A stretch of 64,000 nucleotides of DNA, from IMG/VR virus record IMGVR_UViG_3300026487_000001. One strand, written 5' to 3'. Below the pieces are notes generated by a model. That model saw only the letters and a program-made list of their open reading frames with translations. It searched no databases and had not been told where the DNA came from. Below, piece by piece: positions 1 to 9,111 of this stretch. This DNA is from a virus. A program made the translations under genes and the position numbers. Within the stretch, counting starts at the first letter, position 1. The number at the start of each line of letters is the position of its first letter.

Positions 1-1
1 C

Positions 2-76
2 TATGCCAAGATGTTCCGCTACAGCCCGGACTACTTCGGCAAGATTGCTGCTATCATCAAAGGTCACAGCTTCTAA
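2..76 (+). CDS. 3' end of an upstream gene (partial, product unknown)
   Basis: Open frame from window edge (...YAKMFRYSPDYFGKIAAIIKGHSF), TAA at 74-76, followed by a terminator hairpin. Confidence 0.4.
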   Translation, partial: YAKMFRYSPDYFGKIAAIIKGHSF

Positions 77-87
77 ACAAACCCTAA

Positions 88-116
88 AGGGAGCCTCGCG
101 GGGTTCCCTTTTTCGT
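88..116 (+). terminator. Intrinsic terminator hairpin
   Basis: AGGGAGCC / GGTTCCCT stem (one G.U) 88-109, then T-run and the box CGTTTCT. Confidence 0.7.
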
Positions 117-135
117 TTCTACTGAGGATTTTCAC

Positions 136-960
136 ATGGCGGCCATAAGCTTGGATGACATTGGCTCTTTCGCCCAGCCTGCAAAAGCATCTGCGAAAAA
201 GAGTAAAGCGAAAGTTAAAGCTAAGACCACCGTCAAGAAAGCTAAGACAGTTAGCAAAGGCGTTAAGGTCAAGAAGAAAAAGAAGTCCGACCCTTCGAAA
301 GACGTGCTGCCTAAACACATTGATCCCGATGACTTCTATTCGGATATTGCAGCATCTCAAAAGGCAATGCAGTCTCTGGATGAACCAAAGCCCAAGAAAG
401 CTAAGAAAAAGAAAGAGAATGCAGTAGATACCATCAAAAAGAAAAAGAAGAAGAAAGAGTCACGGAGTTTGAGCACCGATATGGTTGCTCTTGAGGGTCA
501 GTTCCTTGAGGTTATGGCTGATGTGCCTGACGTTATCAAACAAGAGAACGACCAGATTGCCGAGTACATGACGATGTTCAAGCAGTGTCAGTCAATGGCA
601 CGTATCTGTGAAGACGCCTATAAGGACAAGAAGCAGAGCCGTGATATTTACGCACTGATGCAACTCTATAACCAGATGCGTGAGATTATCGCTGACCTTC
701 GTGCGCTGCGTGACGTGTCGCAACTGGCAGAGATTCTCAACGAAGAAGTCATGGGACCTTTCGCTGAGTCTGCTGGTACAATTCTGGTTGGCGTATTCCA
801 CCAGATTAACGCATGGAATAAAAAGAATCTGCCTGTTGAAATGATTGCTGGTGCGCAGAATCAGACGCAAACGATCATTCGTAACGCTGCGAAAGATATT
901 GAGCAAGCCTATCAGGCGGGTCTATCGAAGACAGTTCAGATATTTAGCGCGAGCGCCTAA
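136..960 (+). CDS. Lysine-rich protein (histone H1-like low-complexity N-terminus, helical C-terminal domain), function unknown
   Basis: 274-aa ORF, GAGGA RBS 7 nt upstream. N-terminal ~110 aa are K/A/V-rich (KKSKAKVKAKTTVKKAK...KKKKKKKESR). Confidence 0.75.
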   Translation: MAAISLDDIGSFAQPAKASAKKSKAKVKAKTTVKKAKTVSKGVKVKKKKKSDPSKDVLPKHIDPDDFYSDIAASQKAMQSLDEPKPKKAKKKKENAVDTIKKKKKKKESRSLSTDMVALEGQFLEVMADVPDVIKQENDQIAEYMTMFKQCQSMARICEDAYKDKKQSRDIYALMQLYNQMREIIADLRALRDVSQLAEILNEEVMGPFAESAGTILVGVFHQINAWNKKNLPVEMIAGAQNQTQTIIRNAAKDIEQAYQAGLSKTVQIFSASA

Positions 961-962
961 GT

Positions 963-971
963 CTGTAAATA
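963..971 (+). promoter_or_regulatory. CTGTAAATA motif copy 1 (candidate phage early/middle promoter element)
   Basis: Exact 9-mer in the 33-nt gap before the HNH gene. Same 9-mer recurs 6 more times on this strand. Confidence 0.45.
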
Positions 972-993
972 GAACTGTATTTAGGAGATCATC

Positions 994-1359
994 ATGGCAT
1001 ACAGACCAAAAGGCGGTATTGCAGCAAGAACTATGGGTGGTCGTGGAAGAAGTATGTCCACTTCTCAACGTCTTGCTGGTGTTACGGGATTTGAACGTGC
1101 TCGCGCTGGTACTCACGTTCGCATGGACAGGAGTGATTGGACACGTCTCAAAATGAGCATCATCGACGAGCGTGGACAACAATGTGAGCGCTGTGGTACT
1201 CGTACTCCACAACTCATTCTCAACCACAAAGTTGGTCATGCGCAGGGTGGTTCGAATATGAAACATAACCTCGAACTGCTTTGCTATGACTGCGATAACA
1301 ATCAGATCGGCAGTAACAACCGACGTGGTTCAAGACTGCTGCATGGAGGTAGACGGTGA
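994..1359 (+). CDS. HNH endonuclease-like protein
   Basis: 121 aa, AGGAG RBS. CERCG...LNHKVGHAQGGSNMKHNLELLCYDCDNN resembles the HNH Cys/His-Asn-His core. Arg/Gly-rich N-terminus. Confidence 0.6.
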   Translation: MAYRPKGGIAARTMGGRGRSMSTSQRLAGVTGFERARAGTHVRMDRSDWTRLKMSIIDERGQQCERCGTRTPQLILNHKVGHAQGGSNMKHNLELLCYDCDNNQIGSNNRRGSRLLHGGRR

Positions 1360-2138
1360 GTCGTTTGCAGAAATATGGCTCAGACGTGGGATTGGACTTA
1401 CGCAACTTTCCTGACTGCGTTAGCCCTGAGTACATCGAGGCTTGGGGTGCGTACATCTCAACACAAACAGCGGTTGACCTCTTTCATTCGCTACCACAAC
1501 CTCTTGGTATGCAGCGCGTTGTAGAAGGGTTTATTTCTTCTCTGGCTCGTAGCAGCACAACGTACCTGTTACGTCCTATCCCACCGATCACCAAGCACTC
1601 TCTTGAGCAGGCAAAAGCGCTTCTCAAGGTCCAACAGGCTGACTTGAAAAGATGGCTGCAACGTATTGAGTTCAGCAATAAGTTCAGGCTGGCTGAGGTG
1701 CATAGTCGAACCAACAGCGACTACAATCGGGTTGCTAACTGCATCAACACCACGATCGATATTTATCTGGTGTATGTACCGCAGACAACGCGTGGTGGTA
1801 TTCCGAAAGTAGGTGAGATACTGCACAAGCAGGTTCCTTACTGGTTTTCGAACAAACAGCCTAAAGCCTTGTTCAAAACTGATAATTTGACGAAGAAACT
1901 GGCAAAGTCTCCTCTGCCTGTTGTGCCAGACACTTACCCAACAATTCAACAAGTGATGCTTGCGCCTCGTGCTTGGCATCCGTGGAGTATTGATTTGGGA
2001 GTTGACTGTGCGCGGGTTAAGGGTAACGCTATTGCGCTGCATCTGCAATCGCGCAGGCTAACCTGCTTCCTGTCCACGTACAAACGTCATGCTGTGGAGA
2101 AGAGGCTCAACACTTTGGTCAAGAGCATTTTTATTTAG
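1356..2138 (+). CDS. Hypothetical protein
   Basis: 260-aa ORF, GTG start overlapping the upstream TGA, GGAGG RBS. Confidence 0.7.
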   Translation: MSRLQKYGSDVGLDLRNFPDCVSPEYIEAWGAYISTQTAVDLFHSLPQPLGMQRVVEGFISSLARSSTTYLLRPIPPITKHSLEQAKALLKVQQADLKRWLQRIEFSNKFRLAEVHSRTNSDYNRVANCINTTIDIYLVYVPQTTRGGIPKVGEILHKQVPYWFSNKQPKALFKTDNLTKKLAKSPLPVVPDTYPTIQQVMLAPRAWHPWSIDLGVDCARVKGNAIALHLQSRRLTCFLSTYKRHAVEKRLNTLVKSIFI

Positions 2139-2148
2139 GAGAAGAACC

Positions 2149-2643
2149 GTGATTGACGTAAACTCGCGGCTTCATACTCTTTTGAAGGGCATCGCAGATA
2201 GCGGTAAGCTGTATGCTGGTGCTGCCGAAGGAATCATGAAGTCCATCTCTCAAGCGCGAGAGCCTATCCAACTTCCGCAGTCAGTCATCGAACTGCTGGG
2301 TCGTTCAAACGTGCCGGATATCACACCGTATGATCAGGCTGACCTGCTTCTGATTATGGACGCTCTTGCGAAAGCATTGTTGTCTATTCAGAGCATCCCT
2401 GATACCATGCCGGTTGATGACGGTAAGTACGGCACGTATCTGTCCGAGTATCGTGCGCAGTATCAGACACTGACCAACGAACAACTCACGTCTGTGTTTA
2501 CGCGCGACAAGTTCGAAGGGCTTAGTCCTCTTCGTGCTTACGCATTAGCCGTTGTGCTATCGGATATCGCCGCAGACCGTCGCTTGCCTGTACCGAGCGT
2601 GTGGCAGTCTATGATTGACAACTATACCAAACTGGGTGAATGA
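2149..2643 (+). CDS. Hypothetical protein
   Basis: In-frame GTG at 2149 preceded by AGGAGAAGAACC. The longer track ORF (2089) would overlap the upstream gene. Confidence 0.65.
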   Translation: MIDVNSRLHTLLKGIADSGKLYAGAAEGIMKSISQAREPIQLPQSVIELLGRSNVPDITPYDQADLLLIMDALAKALLSIQSIPDTMPVDDGKYGTYLSEYRAQYQTLTNEQLTSVFTRDKFEGLSPLRAYALAVVLSDIAADRRLPVPSVWQSMIDNYTKLGE

Positions 2644-5600
2644 TGAATCAGATGATTAGTACGTCAGCAACGGCTACCCAGCAAATTGCCGATACGTTTA
2701 ATCAGGCACTTGCTATCAAGCCCTTGCCGCCCGAATTCGACGCCAAGACGTCGAAGATGTACGCGACAGGGAAGTCCCGTCGTAACTATGAGGCGCTGGC
2801 TGTATTCACCGCTTCTACCGTAGCTCGCATCTACGCGGCCTTCGACCTGATCAACTACATCGTTACTAACGGTGCAGAGTTCGAAGATATGCTGGAAGTC
2901 TCTCCTGACGATTTCGTTAAGCGCATCAAGAACAACGTCGAAGCGTCCTCGCTGAAAATCAACATGATGTTGAACGGCGATAAGCTGAGTCGTGAGATCA
3001 AGACCGCTCTGGCCGAGCATCTGTCTGCATCTTCTGGCGCTATCATCGAAAACAGTACGCGCTTCCCTGGCGGCAAAGACATTATCATGTCTGGTACTCC
3101 GTGCCCCACCAGCCCGCTGGCTTCGAACGGTAACTTCAACGTTCTGAACAATCAGGGTAGCGACCGTCCTCGTGTTGATAACGACGCGAACTTCGAAAGC
3201 GCCAACCTGCGTACCTACAGCTCCGATATTGCGCAGTCTGCAATTCGTGTGGCGAAGACTATCTATAAGGATATCTTTGGCACTGAGCGCACTAACGCCA
3301 ACGCATTCGATACGAAGATGATTCGTATCCCGCTCGACAAAGACTGGTCTGTGTATAACGCTGCTCTGCGTTCTATTCACCCATCAATGAACGGCATTGA
3401 TATTGACCTGTTCCGCAACTTGGAAAAATCCGTAGTTGACGGCCTGGGCGATTTCATGACAATCGGCATCCGCTCTATCCCCGGCAAACAGATGATTGAT
3501 CGCAAGCTGCAAGCGATGAAGATCAGTCACGATACGCCTGTCGATTTCAACGAAGTAGCACTGGCAACCGACATTCGTGTCGAAGGTGGCCTGATTGTTA
3601 ACTTCGAAAAAGAGCTGGTGGAGTATATCTCTCAGGGTGCTGACACTCAGACCATGTGTCTGTATCGTTGGTTCCAGGGTTGGGCGAGCTACTACTTCCG
3701 TGTTGCTGGTTCTACTCGTACTGGTATCACCCGTGCTGCTCGTATTCCGCGTTATGTGACTTCTGCCACTTCTCTTCCTGAGTTGAAAAAGCTGCGTGAG
3801 AAATTCGGCTACGTGGTTAACGACGTGGTTGCTGATGAACACGGTATGACTATCATGCCTAACGGTACGATGGCTGTGCTGCCTCGTCGTGAAGACATTG
3901 ACATTGAGATGGTTAAGACCTACGAAACCACGCTCAACGGTGTCCTCGAAGACCTGTTCGAAAAAGGTGTGCCGCTATCTACTGAGCACGACACGCTGCG
4001 TACCAACATGTTCGCTATCCAGAACGGTAATCTGGACTTCGACCGTGATGTGCAGACGAAAGCCAAATCACTGTCTCGTTTCAGTGACGTGTGCATCGGT
4101 ATCGACCCTGACTTCTCTCTGATCGTGAACACCTCGAACGGCGGCGGGCTGGCAGTTAACGAAACTCGTACTGTCGGCATGAAGTCACCTAACTCTCTGG
4201 ACGTTGCTGATGCTCTCGGCTACGACTTTGCGGAGCCGGGTGAAGCGCCTAACTTCCGTTCTGCTGCGAACGTGATTGGTAACATTTATCACAATCAGGC
4301 ATCTGGTGGTATGGCTCTGTTCCGTCCGTCGTATGACACGCTGATTGAAGCTGCCAAAGTTGAGTCCGGTAGCGGTAAGTTGGTTGAGAGTGTGAGTGAG
4401 TCCACGATCAAATACAACTCCACAGAAGGTTCTAACCTGCCTGAGCTGCTGAACATCATCGCGCAGACCTGCCAGACCTACGAGTTCATGCTCAAGAACA
4501 AACAAGTTCCTGACCTGAAAACGCTGGTGGAGAATGCACGTAAAGCAATCGGCATGGACGCAGAAGATGCGGCTCTGTCTGAAAGCCCGATGGACAAAGA
4601 CCTCTATGAGAATCTGATCGCTAACGACTTCTCGGTACCAGACCTGTCTAACGAGCGCCCTGCTCTGACGATGCTGCGTATCATGATTCGTGTGCTGAAC
4701 GATGCTGCTGGTCTGCGTGGTTCTAACCTGATTGCAACTTCCATGAGCGAGATGGGAAGCATTCAGGCTGCCACCGAATCACTGCCGTCTCACACCCACT
4801 ACTTTGTGATGGGTGAGAAGTCCAAGCTGTCTGACATGGCACGCCTTAACAACTACTTCGGTGGTGCGGTGTACCGTGAAATGGCGCAGTCGCTTGTACG
4901 CGCCGATCGCAAGAAATTGTTTAGTTCTCTGATTGAAAGCGAACAAGCTCCAGGCTCAGGTCGTCTGCAACAGATCATCCTGCCATTCGCTACGATGTAC
5001 AGCGATGTGATTCCTAAGTCTCTTGAGATTTTCGAATCGGCCGAGACTGAGATCGAACGCCTGAAACCTGACAGCGGTATCACCATTGATGATATTCGCA
5101 TCCCAGGTCTGAAAGACGGTGCAGCATTACTGCCGCATCAGGTCGAAGCGCACAAAACTCTGCGTCGTCGTCCGCGCTTTGCAACAATCTTTATCGCGCC
5201 TGGCGGTGGTAAGACAATCATCGGTCTGACTGATATTGCAGCCACAATCAAAGAGCTGGATGACTTAGGTGAAGAAGGCATTCGCCCTCTGATCATCTGT
5301 CCTTCCAACCTCGTAGCGAACTGGTGTGACGACCTACACAAAATCGTTGACGGCTGGAACGCAGTGCCTATTACTGCTGATACCGTGAACACGTGGGGCG
5401 AAGAACGTATGTACGACGTGATCTCTCAGTCACCTCGTAACACTATCTTCATCGTCGGCCTGAGCTATTTGCAAACTGGTACGTTCAACGTTGACATTGG
5501 CGGTGTGCGTGTTCGTGTGCGTGGTGCTGTAGAGTTCGTTAACCGCTTCAAGTTCAGCTATGTGCTGCTCGACGAGTCGCATAAAGTGAAGAACTTCTCT

Positions 5601-8489
5601 GGTGGTCAGGCTGGCTCTCAGGTTCACTTCAACACCAAAGCGGTGTTCACTGCTCCGTCCGTTCGCTATGCACGTATCGCTACTGGTACGCTGGTAACTG
5701 ACCGTGTGCGTGATATTGTTGGTCAGGCTGCACTGATGACGCCTGCTATGTTCGGTGACTCACTGGACGTTGCATATGACGGCGCGAAAGACGACATTGA
5801 AATGATTCGTCGTGCGCACTCACGTATGGCAAACCATACAGCGTTCATCTCGTTCAAGCGTAAGCATTGGGCGTTCATGCTGCCGAACCCGATTGATACC
5901 TTCATTCAGGTTGAGATCGATGATCCGTCAGTTCCAAACTCTGCGCTGCACCAGGAAGTGTATAACGCAATGTACGCAGAAGTGCTGGAGAAGTTGGACG
6001 AAGCTGCCAAGTCTGCGAAGAAGAAAGCCGGTAGCAGCGATGACGATGACGACGAAGCTGGTGGTGCAGAAGCCACGGCCGCTGACGATATTGACGAAGA
6101 CGAGATCGAAGAGGGTGATGATTTAGGCGCACTGCTGGCAAGCAACGCTGACCTGAACATGTACTTCCAGCGCATGGAAATGATGCTGACTGACCCGATG
6201 GGTGATGACGTTGCTCGCATGACGTTTGAAGCCGCTGGCGTTACCAACTTCGTTTCTGCGAAAGTGCTGACCATCATCGACCGTATTCGTAAGCACTTCG
6301 AAGTGCAGCCAGAACGCGACCGCATGATCGGCGAGCAACAGATCTTCGAATGGAAGCCAGGCGTAGAGCCGCGTGAACTGGACATTGCTGTCTATAACGG
6401 TCAGAAGTATCTGGCACGTAAGCAGTCCGAAGAGTTCAAGCGTCAAGCGCTGCCGCCTTCAATGGTTCCGCCTCCGGACGATCCGGACTACTGGAAGCCA
6501 GAAGTACAGGGCAAGTTGATTGTCTTTACGCGTTACGTTCGTGCAGCAAACGCCATCTACAACGCACTGCCAGCCAACTATAAGAAAGTTGCTGTGGTGT
6601 ATCATGGTGAAGTTGGTAAGCTGGGTCAGAACAAAGACGCTAACCTCGACGCATTCAAAACTGACAACAACGTCCAGATTCTGATTGCGAACGAGCAGGC
6701 AATCTCCGAAGGCCACAACATGCAGATGGGTAGCCGCATCATCCGCTGCGATACTCCGTGGTCACCGGGTACTTACGATCAGTCTACTGCGCGTATCTTC
6801 CGTCCTGACGTTGCTGCTGCGAAGCTGGACGAGAACGGTAAGCCGGGTGACATGGCTCGTGAAGTTGTGTTCATCGACTGGGTTATGACGAACAAGACCT
6901 TGGAGGTTGGTAAGGTTGCTCGTCTGATGTGGAAAACTCTGGAGAAGACTCGCTTCGACGAGAAAGGCAACCAGCGTTACGAAGCACTCGATCAGTACAA
7001 GCTCGACCCGATCAAAATGAGCGCGAAGCTGCTGATCGACAACAACACGATGGAAGACTTCGGTGACTACTTCCTTGCGAAGCGTGACCTGAACGAAATC
7101 GAATCTCAAGAGTTCCAGGAGATGCGCCGTACAACGGTTGCAGCAATGCAGGCTCTGCCAGCTACTCCGGCTCTGACTGACTTCCGCGTGATGGATCAGA
7201 CTCCGCTTGTTGCTAACCAGAAGATCCCTGATCGTAATGGCTGGGGCACTGAGCGTCTGTTAGATTGGGCGCGTAACCGTAACTTCACTAGCGGCGAAGG
7301 GCTGAAAGATTCTCTGAATCGTGCACCTGTCGTGACTGAGTTCGGTAACGGTGTTGTCGTGTCTGTGACTGTGCGTATGGTTGACGGCAAGCTGCGTGGC
7401 GATAGTCCTATCAGTACCGTTCGTGTTCGTCTGGCTGGCTCTGGTGAGACCGTTGCAATTCCTGCGACCAAAGTTCACATTGCCACTAAGGTAGACAAGA
7501 ACGACCTGAAACGTTTCTTTGAACAGCGTAAGCCGTGGGCGAACGAGAAAGATCGCAAACGTGCAAACGCAGAAGCTAACCGTGTTGAAGTTGAAGACAC
7601 CGTTGCTGATGAAACGCAGACGGCTGATACGAAAGAGACAGAGAAGAAGGTTGAAGCTCAGGCGCGTAAAGCTGCCCGTGCTGCCAAACGCGCTTCGAAC
7701 AAAGAGACTGGTAAGCCAATCAACGAAGGTGTTGAAGAAGCTGCCAAGAAAGTTCGTCGCCGTAAGTCTGCTGACCTGCCTCCTTTGGCTAACACTACGA
7801 CTCGTATGAAGCCTGGTGCGAAAGCTGTTGCAGAAGCGACTGGTGCTGATATGGCACTGGAGCTGACTCCTACCGTGTACAACGGATTTGTGGCACTGTA
7901 TGCGAACGCGACTGACCCTGATGCGAAAGCACTCAAGGACTTCGAGTTCGTTGAGTTCGGCGATTACGTTTACTACGACTGTGCGTACTACGCTGACTTT
8001 GAAGCGATGCTGGACTTCATCGAAGTTAAGAAGAAGCTGGAATTCGACCGTATGTCGGAGAAGCGTCTGGAGTTCGTACTGGACTTCTTTGACGAGTCTA
8101 CTCCGCGTATGGGCTTCAACGTCAAGCTGGCAACGAAAGGTCAAGAGCAACTGCCGAAGTTCTTCCTCGTTCGTCACAAGTCTGCCTCCGATAAGAAACA
8201 CGTCAAGGCATACCCGATGATCATGGAAGACAGACTGCGTATCATGTTCGACCTGAAGACCAACCCGCAGATGAAACGCTTCGTCGGCACGAAAATCCCG
8301 AACACTCGTAAGTTCGGTACGTTCGACCAGGCGCCAGGTATGTGGATTGGGTTCGTGAAGAATGCGGCTACTGCAAAAGCACGTATCAATAAGATCGTGA
8401 AAGCAGGCTACACCGTCACGAACATCAAGAAGGTCACTGGCGCACTCGACAAGTTGAAATTGACCATGTCGAAAAACAAATCAGTCTAA
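2640..8489 (+). CDS. Giant SNF2-family (SF2) DNA-dependent ATPase/helicase-like protein, 1949 aa
   Basis: LLPHQVEAH, Walker A IFIAPGGGKTIIG (~5197-5217), DESH box LLDESHKVKN (5571-5582), ILIANEQAISEGHNMQ, RCDTPWSPGTYDQSTARIFRPD. Acidic insertion inside the core. ~830-aa N-terminal and ~500-aa C-terminal regions carry no motif I recognise. Confidence 0.85.
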   Translation: MMNQMISTSATATQQIADTFNQALAIKPLPPEFDAKTSKMYATGKSRRNYEALAVFTASTVARIYAAFDLINYIVTNGAEFEDMLEVSPDDFVKRIKNNVEASSLKINMMLNGDKLSREIKTALAEHLSASSGAIIENSTRFPGGKDIIMSGTPCPTSPLASNGNFNVLNNQGSDRPRVDNDANFESANLRTYSSDIAQSAIRVAKTIYKDIFGTERTNANAFDTKMIRIPLDKDWSVYNAALRSIHPSMNGIDIDLFRNLEKSVVDGLGDFMTIGIRSIPGKQMIDRKLQAMKISHDTPVDFNEVALATDIRVEGGLIVNFEKELVEYISQGADTQTMCLYRWFQGWASYYFRVAGSTRTGITRAARIPRYVTSATSLPELKKLREKFGYVVNDVVADEHGMTIMPNGTMAVLPRREDIDIEMVKTYETTLNGVLEDLFEKGVPLSTEHDTLRTNMFAIQNGNLDFDRDVQTKAKSLSRFSDVCIGIDPDFSLIVNTSNGGGLAVNETRTVGMKSPNSLDVADALGYDFAEPGEAPNFRSAANVIGNIYHNQASGGMALFRPSYDTLIEAAKVESGSGKLVESVSESTIKYNSTEGSNLPELLNIIAQTCQTYEFMLKNKQVPDLKTLVENARKAIGMDAEDAALSESPMDKDLYENLIANDFSVPDLSNERPALTMLRIMIRVLNDAAGLRGSNLIATSMSEMGSIQAATESLPSHTHYFVMGEKSKLSDMARLNNYFGGAVYREMAQSLVRADRKKLFSSLIESEQAPGSGRLQQIILPFATMYSDVIPKSLEIFESAETEIERLKPDSGITIDDIRIPGLKDGAALLPHQVEAHKTLRRRPRFATIFIAPGGGKTIIGLTDIAATIKELDDLGEEGIRPLIICPSNLVANWCDDLHKIVDGWNAVPITADTVNTWGEERMYDVISQSPRNTIFIVGLSYLQTGTFNVDIGGVRVRVRGAVEFVNRFKFSYVLLDESHKVKNFSGGQAGSQVHFNTKAVFTAPSVRYARIATGTLVTDRVRDIVGQAALMTPAMFGDSLDVAYDGAKDDIEMIRRAHSRMANHTAFISFKRKHWAFMLPNPIDTFIQVEIDDPSVPNSALHQEVYNAMYAEVLEKLDEAAKSAKKKAGSSDDDDDEAGGAEATAADDIDEDEIEEGDDLGALLASNADLNMYFQRMEMMLTDPMGDDVARMTFEAAGVTNFVSAKVLTIIDRIRKHFEVQPERDRMIGEQQIFEWKPGVEPRELDIAVYNGQKYLARKQSEEFKRQALPPSMVPPPDDPDYWKPEVQGKLIVFTRYVRAANAIYNALPANYKKVAVVYHGEVGKLGQNKDANLDAFKTDNNVQILIANEQAISEGHNMQMGSRIIRCDTPWSPGTYDQSTARIFRPDVAAAKLDENGKPGDMAREVVFIDWVMTNKTLEVGKVARLMWKTLEKTRFDEKGNQRYEALDQYKLDPIKMSAKLLIDNNTMEDFGDYFLAKRDLNEIESQEFQEMRRTTVAAMQALPATPALTDFRVMDQTPLVANQKIPDRNGWGTERLLDWARNRNFTSGEGLKDSLNRAPVVTEFGNGVVVSVTVRMVDGKLRGDSPISTVRVRLAGSGETVAIPATKVHIATKVDKNDLKRFFEQRKPWANEKDRKRANAEANRVEVEDTVADETQTADTKETEKKVEAQARKAARAAKRASNKETGKPINEGVEEAAKKVRRRKSADLPPLANTTTRMKPGAKAVAEATGADMALELTPTVYNGFVALYANATDPDAKALKDFEFVEFGDYVYYDCAYYADFEAMLDFIEVKKKLEFDRMSEKRLEFVLDFFDESTPRMGFNVKLATKGQEQLPKFFLVRHKSASDKKHVKAYPMIMEDRLRIMFDLKTNPQMKRFVGTKIPNTRKFGTFDQAPGMWIGFVKNAATAKARINKIVKAGYTVTNIKKVTGALDKLKLTMSKNKSV

Positions 8490-8495
8490 AAGGTA

Positions 8496-8520
8496 AGGGG
8501 CTTCGGCCCCTCCTTCTTTA
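8496..8520 (+). terminator. Weak terminator / stabilising hairpin
   Basis: AGGGGC-TTCG-GCCCCT hairpin right after the SNF2 stop. Downstream T-tract is poor (CCTTCTTTA). Confidence 0.4.
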
Positions 8521-8535
8521 ATAGGACAACACGTT

Positions 8536-9102
8536 ATGCTGAACAAATTCTATCAGAAGCTACAGGTCATCATGACCATGCTTGGTCTGTACGACGGTGC
8601 CTGCGATGGCGTCTGGGGCCCGAAGTGTATCGAAGCTAAACGTAAGTGGGAGATGATGGACGAGTTCGAGCCAGCTACTCCTTCTAATGGGCTGCCGTTC
8701 AATGGTCGCGGTAAGCTGCCGAAGGGCATGAACTATGGCTACAAGACTCTTGATATCCTGTGGGATCAATGGGATCAAGAGAAAGCAGATGCAATCCTGA
8801 AGGATAAGGGTGCGTTGCTTACCACTGACGTTATTCACGAACACGCTGTTGGTGAAGTAGCTAAAGCGCGTCAGGCCGTAGAGGCAGAGCCGGTTGCTAC
8901 TGTAAATACTGTGTCTCAGGCACCTCTCGCTGCGTCTGTGATGGAGACTACTCCTGTTAAACAGGCTGAACCGCAACCTGAGCCGGAGCAGGAAGTAGAT
9001 GACGTCGAGGAAGAGGAAGAAGACGCCGACGACGAAATCACGGAAGAGAACACCTCACCTGCGCCTGTTAAGCAGAACAACTGGACCAACAAGAAACGTT
9101 AA
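8536..9102 (+). CDS. Protein with peptidoglycan-binding-like N-terminal motif and acidic C-terminus
   Basis: 188 aa. LGLYDGACDGVWGPKCIEAKRKWE resembles the PG_binding_1 signature. C-terminus EQEVDDVEEEEEDADDEITEE. Confidence 0.6.
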   Translation: MLNKFYQKLQVIMTMLGLYDGACDGVWGPKCIEAKRKWEMMDEFEPATPSNGLPFNGRGKLPKGMNYGYKTLDILWDQWDQEKADAILKDKGALLTTDVIHEHAVGEVAKARQAVEAEPVATVNTVSQAPLAASVMETTPVKQAEPQPEPEQEVDDVEEEEEDADDEITEENTSPAPVKQNNWTNKKR

Positions 9103-9111
9103 GGAACAGCA

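Noticed and set aside
155-427. Alternative-frame + strand ORFs in low-complexity regions. Others are 39787-40197, 48630-49181 and 7519-7809.
   Set aside because: These are frame-shifted readings of Lys-rich or acidic repeat DNA. They have no independent start context and are fully nested in the main ORFs.
963-985. Hairpin TAAATA-GAACTG-TATTTA overlapping the first CTGTAAATA copy, as a general feature of the motif.
   Set aside because: The inverted repeat is present only at this copy. The other six copies have unrelated downstream sequence.
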